Positions 59,042 through 64,000 of a stretch of DNA of 64,000 nucleotides are shown here, piece after piece. Source of the DNA: Anaerolineales bacterium UBA2029 (lineage in GTDB: Bacteria > Chloroflexota > Anaerolineae > Aggregatilineales > Aggregatilineaceae); the NCBI GenBank assembly GCA_002332795.1, contig DDBP01000111.1:10503-74502 (forward strand), read 5' to 3'. Numbering within the stretch: position 1 is the first letter of the stretch; each line of letters starts with the position of its first letter. Below the pieces are notes generated by a model. The model was not told the origin of the DNA. It was given only the letters and a program-made list of their open reading frames with translations, and ran no database searches. The position numbers and the translations under genes are program-made.

Positions 59042-60205
59042 TCAGTAGTTGAGCAGTTCGGCAGTGTCTCCGAAAGCGGCGGAGGCATCGGGTTCTCCGG
59101 CGCCGCCCTCTGCGCCTTCCTTGGCCCACACGGCGATTTCGACCACCAGCCTCTCGAAGAAACTACGCGGCGGCAATGCCCCTTCCCCATACTGCACGTC
59201 AACGATACGTACCTGCGCGCGCAGCGTCTGGGTTTCGAGCACAGTGGTCATGCCTGGTGTGGCCAGCACAGCCTCGCCCTTGGAGGCTAGCTTGGTGCGC
59301 AGTGCCTGATCGCGGTAGGCATGTTCCGACATGATCACCTTGGTGACTGTCGTGATGTCGTTCTTGTCGAACAACCAGACCTCTGTCGCAGTGACCTTTT
59401 TGGGTTCCCCTACCCCAATCGTTTCGCCAATGCTGGACCCGCACTCGCCCAGGAACATACCCTTCGCCGTCTCGATGGGGAAGGATTCGTCGTAAAGGCT
59501 ATCGCCCAGGACATAGGTAGACACAAACTGGCAGACCGGCGGCACTTCTCCGCGAGCCTTGAAGTCTGTCTTCTCTCGCGCTGCATCGCGCTTGGCTGCC
59601 AGAATACTTGCTGGCGCGGGAGCCGCCGCCCCTCCAGTGGGGACAGTTGCTCCGGAGAGAGCTTCGGCCCTGCGTCGCGACAACCCCTGGCGCGGCACAG
59701 CCCAGTAGAAGGTGAAGAAGACCGAGAGGATCAATCCTATCACGGCAGTGCCCACGACGCAGGCCAGCGGCCCCAGGATGCCTCCCAGGAAGCTCGTCTC
59801 GATTTTCTGAGCCTGTTTGCTGGCGGCAGCACGGTTTTCTTCGGCGATGGGCAGCAACGCCTGCAATTTGCGGGCCAGGTCCGGTTCCGTGACCGCATTG
59901 GCATCAATGAGTGCCTGGATCATGGCAGGGCTGACTCCGCCCGCAACGATCTTACGCTGAGCCTCTGCCGTGTCACCTGTCTCCGCGTACTCGACGGCGA
60001 TCATCTTGATCCACTGATCTTTGTAGCCAGCGGCAAGGTGGACTGGCTCAGCGTCGCGGAACTTGATCGGCGCTCCCTGATAGGCCCACACCAGGCCGAT
60101 GATCACCCCCAGGAGCACGAAGCCAAGCCGGTAAAGAGAGGGCGCGAGAGTGCTTAAAGCCGCCTTGCCTATGATATTAAACTGTCCTGTCAGGCGCTTT
60201 ATCAT
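59042..60205 (-). CDS. hypothetical two-TM membrane protein with a roughly 170-aa C-terminal domain of unknown function
   Basis: ATG with GAAAGG upstream. TM1: LGFVLLGVIIGLVWAY. TM2: ILGPLACVVGTAVIGLILSVFFTFYW. The C-terminal VCQFVSTYVLGDSLYDESFPIE...VWLFDKNDITTVTKVIM...LRAQVRIVDVQYGEG matches no family I recognise. Confidence 0.65.
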   Translation of the reverse strand: MIKRLTGQFNIIGKAALSTLAPSLYRLGFVLLGVIIGLVWAYQGAPIKFRDAEPVHLAAGYKDQWIKMIAVEYAETGDTAEAQRKIVAGGVSPAMIQALIDANAVTEPDLARKLQALLPIAEENRAAASKQAQKIETSFLGGILGPLACVVGTAVIGLILSVFFTFYWAVPRQGLSRRRAEALSGATVPTGGAAAPAPASILAAKRDAAREKTDFKARGEVPPVCQFVSTYVLGDSLYDESFPIETAKGMFLGECGSSIGETIGVGEPKKVTATEVWLFDKNDITTVTKVIMSEHAYRDQALRTKLASKGEAVLATPGMTTVLETQTLRAQVRIVDVQYGEGALPPRSFFERLVVEIAVWAKEGAEGGAGEPDASAAFGDTAELLNY

Positions 60206-60272
60206 CGAGATCTCGCCTTTCTTCTTGCGCTATCGAGCCAGAAGGCTCGCTTTCCTCACCTGCGCTGTGAGC

Positions 60273-60301
60273 ATTGTACATGAACACTCCAGCCAGCACA
60301 A
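60273..60301 (-). promoter_or_regulatory. promoter for the 387-aa gene (TTGTGC-17-TACAAT)
   Basis: The minus strand reads atTTGTGCtggctggagtgttcatgTACAATgct. Confidence 0.45.
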
Positions 60302-60343
60302 ATCCGACGCAAGTCCTTCCAGAAGCTGCGTGTATGTGGCTCT

Positions 60344-60374
60344 CAAACAACAGACCGCCCAGAGAGGCGGTCTG
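60344..60374 (-). terminator. rho-independent terminator at the end of the sugar ABC operon
   Basis: The minus strand reads CAGACCGCC-tctctg-GGCGGTCTG followed by TTGTTTG. Confidence 0.65.
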
Positions 60375-60407
60375 CGCTTCGCCGTACAGGCAGCGGTGCC
60401 GGGCGGT

Positions 60408-61292
60408 CTACCCCTTTACCGCGCCCGCCGTCAGGCCTTCGATGATGCGGCGCTGGAAAATCAGCACCAGCACCAGCACGGGGACAGTCACGATCACGGT
60501 GGCTGCGATGCGGTCCGCGATGGGGATTTCGTAGCCGTAGCCGCCGAAGTTGGCGATGGCCACGGGCACCGTCTGCGCGCTCTTGCTGACCAGCGTGAAG
60601 GTCAGAGCAAACAGGTACTCGTTCCAGGCGGCGATGAAGGCCAGCAGACCCGTGGTCACCAACGCCGGAGCGGTGAGCGGCACCAGGATGCGCCAGAAGG
60701 TCTGAAACGGTGTCGCGCCATCTACCAGCGCGGCCTGTTCGATTTCCGCAGGCAGGCCCTGGAAGAAACTGGTCAACACCCAGACGGTGAACGGGAGCGT
60801 GAAGATCGGGTAGGTGAAAATCAGAGCAGCAGTCGAACCGAAGATGTTGAGGTCGTTGACGATGGCGAACAGGCCCGACAGGATGGAAATCTGCGGGAAC
60901 ATGGTCATTGCCAGCACGGTATACAGCACGATCATGCGCCCCTTGAATTGCACTCGTCCCAAAGCGTACGCAGCGAACGATCCCACGACCAGCGAGAACA
61001 CGACCGTGACGCTGGAGACGAACGACGAGTTCAGCATGGTGCGCATGAAATCGCTATCTTCGAACAGATTCTGGTAGTTGATCAGTTGCGGGTCTTCTGG
61101 CAGATAGCGAGCAGACACCAGCACCTGGGCGTTGGTGCGGAAAGAGATGCTGATAGCATAGGCGAAGGGAGCCATCGTATAGAAGGCAATCGCCAGAATC
61201 AGGAGCCAGAACAGAGCACGACCAACCAGGTCCGTGATGCGTCTGGGTACGAGAAGAGTCTGCTGAGAGGCGATCCCTGGTTTGGCGTTCAT
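60408..61292 (-). CDS. carbohydrate ABC transporter permease (MalG-like)
   Basis: Six TM segments. EAA-type loop: LPAEIEQAALVDGATPFQTFWRILVPLTAPAL. Its start overlaps the upstream permease stop (ATGA). Confidence 0.92.
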   Translation of the reverse strand: MNAKPGIASQQTLLVPRRITDLVGRALFWLLILAIAFYTMAPFAYAISISFRTNAQVLVSARYLPEDPQLINYQNLFEDSDFMRTMLNSSFVSSVTVVFSLVVGSFAAYALGRVQFKGRMIVLYTVLAMTMFPQISILSGLFAIVNDLNIFGSTAALIFTYPIFTLPFTVWVLTSFFQGLPAEIEQAALVDGATPFQTFWRILVPLTAPALVTTGLLAFIAAWNEYLFALTFTLVSKSAQTVPVAIANFGGYGYEIPIADRIAATVIVTVPVLVLVLIFQRRIIEGLTAGAVKG

Positions 61293-63193
61293 TCTCGCTC
61301 AATCCTCACAAACCTGACATACAGAACGGTGAAGATGAAAATGAGGATGAAGATCATCACGCCCACGGCAGAAGCGTAGCCGTCAGAACGGGTCAGGACC
61401 AAGCGGTTGTAGTTGTATGTAGCCATGGACGGGCGCGTTGTGTCCAACAGCACCTGGAAGACATCGAACACCCGCAAGGCGTCGAGCGTGCGGAAGATCA
61501 GCGCGACAGCGATGGTCGGACGCAGCATCGGCAGGGTGATCGAGAAGAACTGCCGCACCTTCGACGCCCCGTCAACGGCTGCGGCTTCGTAGAGATCGCC
61601 GGGGATCACCTGCAACCCGGCCAGCAGCAGGAGCGCCATGAAGGGGGCCGTCTTCCACACGTCTACCGCGATAATGGAGGCCATCCAGGGACCGTTAGCG
61701 GAGAACCATTGCTGCGGCTTGGAGATGAGGCCCAGGTCCATCAGCAACTTGTTGAAGATGCCAGTCTGATCTCCGCGCAAGATCACTGACCACAGGACGG
61801 CAGAAACCACTGTCGGGATGGCCCAGGGGACCAGCATTGCGGCTCGCATCAGGCCGCGCCCCTTGAAGCGCGAATTCACCGCCATGGCAATAATCAACCC
61901 CAGCAACAGTTCCAGGATGACCGAAGCGACTGTGAACTTCAGGGTATTGCCGACGGCGTTGAGGAAAGTCGGGTCTTTGCCCAGAATGCGCAGACCCTTA
62001 TCGCCAAACGGCAGAGCCAGGGTGGAGACTTCGCTATAGCGGGCATAGCGTTTGCGTTCGGCGCTGCTCATCTCGCGTAATTTGTTGCGCTCTTGCTCCT
62101 CAACGGATGAGGTCTGCCACACGATGCTGCCGTTGGGCGAGCGGGCACATTTTCCGGAGTCGTCTTTCTTGCACTCAACGGTCGTCAGTTTGAAGCTGAG
62201 CAGGCGCGTGTAGTTATCGAACCAGATGAGGCGAGCCGGACGATTGGCGCTGAATTCGTCGTCGGTCAGGCTCTTGATGAAGGTCTGTTCCAGCGGTCGC
62301 GCTGCTACCAGAATGAGCACGGTCAGGGTTGGCACCAGCAGCGTCCAGGCGAAGCGTGTCTGCCGCGACATCAGCGATTCGTCGCCCTCGAAGATTTCGT
62401 CAATGACCCGGCTGAGCCAGCGATACGACAGGGCAAACGGTATGATTGCCAGCAAAAAGGGCACAGCGTGACTGATTGCTTTGCCATAATTGAACGGCGC
62501 GTTGCCGACCAGCCCGCCTTTGCCGTTCACCCAAAAAGCCCAGATCGCCCCTACCACCGCTCCGATCATCAACCACAGGAAAACGACTATCGCCCACCGC
62601 GCCGCGACAATGTCATAGCGCCGTAAGCGATTGCCCAGCCGAATCAGAAGCGCGCCCAGGCCGATCACAACCAGCGGCACCACAAAGCCAAAACTCTTCA
62701 GGTAGGCAATGGTGAGAGTGGGCGCGATATTCTTCGGCACGACCCGTTCTTCCTGAGAGAAAGTGCCGTCTGGTTTGGGGCGCAGAAAGCCTATCGTGAT
62801 TTCAAAGTCATCCTCTTCGCGGCTGACATCCTTCTCTTCCAGCCGGGCTTGCACTTCCGCCAGGCTCATGCTACGGACATCTTCTCCGTCAATACTCACC
62901 AGCCGGTCGCCCTCTTTGATCCCAGACGCCCCTGCCTGACCGCCCTCGATGGGCCGCAGCTCGAAGTACGGTTCCTCGCCTTCGGGGGATTTGTAGACCA
63001 CATTGAGGCCCACGCCTGGAACCTCTGGTCCCTGGGTGGCTTCGCGGATGGTGTCGTTGGTGGCGATCGCGTAGAAGAGATAGGCGAAGGCAAACAGGCC
63101 GATGATCATCAACAGGCCGCTGATCAGTTCGACGGCGATCACCTCTTGCTCGCTGGGACGCCGCCGACCTACTGCGGGCGGGATGAGCGTCAT
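61289..63193 (-). CDS. carbohydrate ABC transporter permease (MalF-like) with a roughly 300-aa N-terminal extension containing a PDZ-like domain and extra TM helices
   Basis: C-terminal half: LKFTVASVILELLLGLIIAMAV...IPGDLYEAAAVDGASKVRQFFSITLPMLRP (EAA loop). N-terminal half: TM, then GVGLNVVYKSPEGEEPYFELRPIEGGQAGASGIKEGDRLVSIDGEDVRSMSLAEVQARLEE...FEITIGFLR (PDZ-like), then 3 more TM helices. Confidence 0.85.
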   Translation of the reverse strand: MTLIPPAVGRRRPSEQEVIAVELISGLLMIIGLFAFAYLFYAIATNDTIREATQGPEVPGVGLNVVYKSPEGEEPYFELRPIEGGQAGASGIKEGDRLVSIDGEDVRSMSLAEVQARLEEKDVSREEDDFEITIGFLRPKPDGTFSQEERVVPKNIAPTLTIAYLKSFGFVVPLVVIGLGALLIRLGNRLRRYDIVAARWAIVVFLWLMIGAVVGAIWAFWVNGKGGLVGNAPFNYGKAISHAVPFLLAIIPFALSYRWLSRVIDEIFEGDESLMSRQTRFAWTLLVPTLTVLILVAARPLEQTFIKSLTDDEFSANRPARLIWFDNYTRLLSFKLTTVECKKDDSGKCARSPNGSIVWQTSSVEEQERNKLREMSSAERKRYARYSEVSTLALPFGDKGLRILGKDPTFLNAVGNTLKFTVASVILELLLGLIIAMAVNSRFKGRGLMRAAMLVPWAIPTVVSAVLWSVILRGDQTGIFNKLLMDLGLISKPQQWFSANGPWMASIIAVDVWKTAPFMALLLLAGLQVIPGDLYEAAAVDGASKVRQFFSITLPMLRPTIAVALIFRTLDALRVFDVFQVLLDTTRPSMATYNYNRLVLTRSDGYASAVGVMIFILIFIFTVLYVRFVRIERE

Positions 63194-63233
63194 TGCACCA
63201 GCCTCCCCTCTGATACAACCTCATAAATGCAGA

Positions 63234-63257
63234 CTGGGGGCAACTCTCTGCCCCCAG
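63234..63257 (-). other. intercistronic hairpin between the solute-binding-protein gene and the permease genes
   Basis: CTGGGGGCA-actctc-TGCCCCCAG (9-bp GC-rich stem). There is only a weak T-tract on the minus strand, so this is more likely an mRNA-stability or attenuation element than a full terminator. Confidence 0.45.
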
Positions 63258-63305
63258 CCTTGATCAACGATGCGTCATGTCAGCAGAGCGACCGCTGCGG
63301 GCAGC

Positions 63306-64000
63306 CTAGGGAAGCTCAAAGCCCAGGTCCGCCAGGGCCAGTTCCAGCTCCGCCATGGCGGTTGCAGCGTCTGTCTTGCCGGACAGGATATTGTTGACCG
63401 CCGTGTAGTACAGTTCGGAGACGGTGCCGTACTGCGTGCCAGCCACACCGCCCGGACGGGCCGTTGCGAAGTTGAGCACGTCGCCCGTGTAAGCCAGATA
63501 GGGCAGCACCTCAAGCAGTTCCGGATCCTCATACAGGGCGGGCAGCACAGGCGCTTCGCCACGGGCCAGGTGGAACAGCTTCAGCGCGTCGTAGTCGGTC
63601 ATCCAGTTGATGAAAGCGACCGACGCTTCGGGGTTGGCCGAGTACTTGGAGACAGACAGGCCCCAGCCGCCCAGCGTGGCAGCGCTCATGCCCGGTTCCT
63701 TGCCCGGCAGCGGAGCTACACTGAACTTGTCCTTGATCACGCTATCTTCGGCCTGCCCCAGGGTGTAGGCATAACCCCAGTTGCGCATGAAAGCGGCGTT
63801 CCCCGCCTGCCACACAGCGCGTGCGTCCTCTTCCTGGTAATTCACCACATCCGGCGGCACGAAGTCGCCCACCCAGCTTGCGATCTTGTCGAAGATCTCG
63901 ATGGTCGCCGGGTCGTTGACCTCGATCACGCCCTCTGGGCTGAGGATGCGACCGCCACCATACGACACCTGCCATTCGAGCGCGTCGCAGGTCAGGCCCT
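63306..64000 (-). CDS. ABC transporter extracellular solute-binding protein (sugar family), 5' end beyond the right edge
   Basis: The ORF is open to the window edge. Motifs: ARAVWQAGNAAFMRNWGYAY, SAATLGGWGLSVSKYS, and a helical C-terminal tail AATAMAELELALADLGF. It lies upstream of the two permease genes. Confidence 0.85.
   Translation of the reverse strand, partial: GLTCDALEWQVSYGGGRILSPEGVIEVNDPATIEIFDKIASWVGDFVPPDVVNYQEEDARAVWQAGNAAFMRNWGYAYTLGQAEDSVIKDKFSVAPLPGKEPGMSAATLGGWGLSVSKYSANPEASVAFINWMTDYDALKLFHLARGEAPVLPALYEDPELLEVLPYLAYTGDVLNFATARPGGVAGTQYGTVSELYYTAVNNILSGKTDAATAMAELELALADLGFELP

Overview
A 64-kb, roughly 60% GC, densely coding chromosomal segment with about 50 protein genes and 2 tRNAs. 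Gene content and regulatory motifs (TrmFO, PduO-type adenosyltransferase, GAAC-N4-GTTC SOS boxes, many Pro/Ala-rich envelope proteins, long mirror ORFs) suggest a Chloroflexota-like lineage, but that taxonomy is inference only. Most genes are housekeeping: smpB, two tandem S41 peptidases, plsX-fabF, trmFO, hflX, acnA, rbsK, hpt, cca, rsmD, ftsH, ligA-rlmI, uvrB, a dGTPase-like gene, greA, an acyl-CoA ligase, an M19 dipeptidase, a sugar ABC transporter, two histidine-kinase systems and a Ser/Thr kinase. The tRNAs are Leu-GAG and Arg-UCU. I found no rRNA, CRISPR array, transposase, prophage block or recognisable defence system. The items that deserve a second look are: (1) a 2,424-aa secreted protein made almost entirely of about 21-22 tandem PPC-like repeats with no catalytic domain; (2) a perfect Cheo-type LexA box on the promoter of a membrane-anchored SLT lytic transglycosylase, calibrated by a near-identical box at uvrB; (3) a tyrosine-recombinase-like gene whose catalytic residues appear degenerate; (4) a lone intact tyrosine recombinase preceded by an AT-rich palindrome that doubles as a symmetric promoter; (5) a MalF-type ABC permease with an N-terminal PDZ-like domain; (6) several unassignable genes, including a 525-aa plus 147-aa pair next to tRNA-Arg and a BTAD regulator. 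Many starts in the ORF track are upstream TTG/GTG extensions. Where an internal ATG has a better Shine-Dalgarno I report that start and say so. All functional calls come from motif recognition by eye, with no database search.
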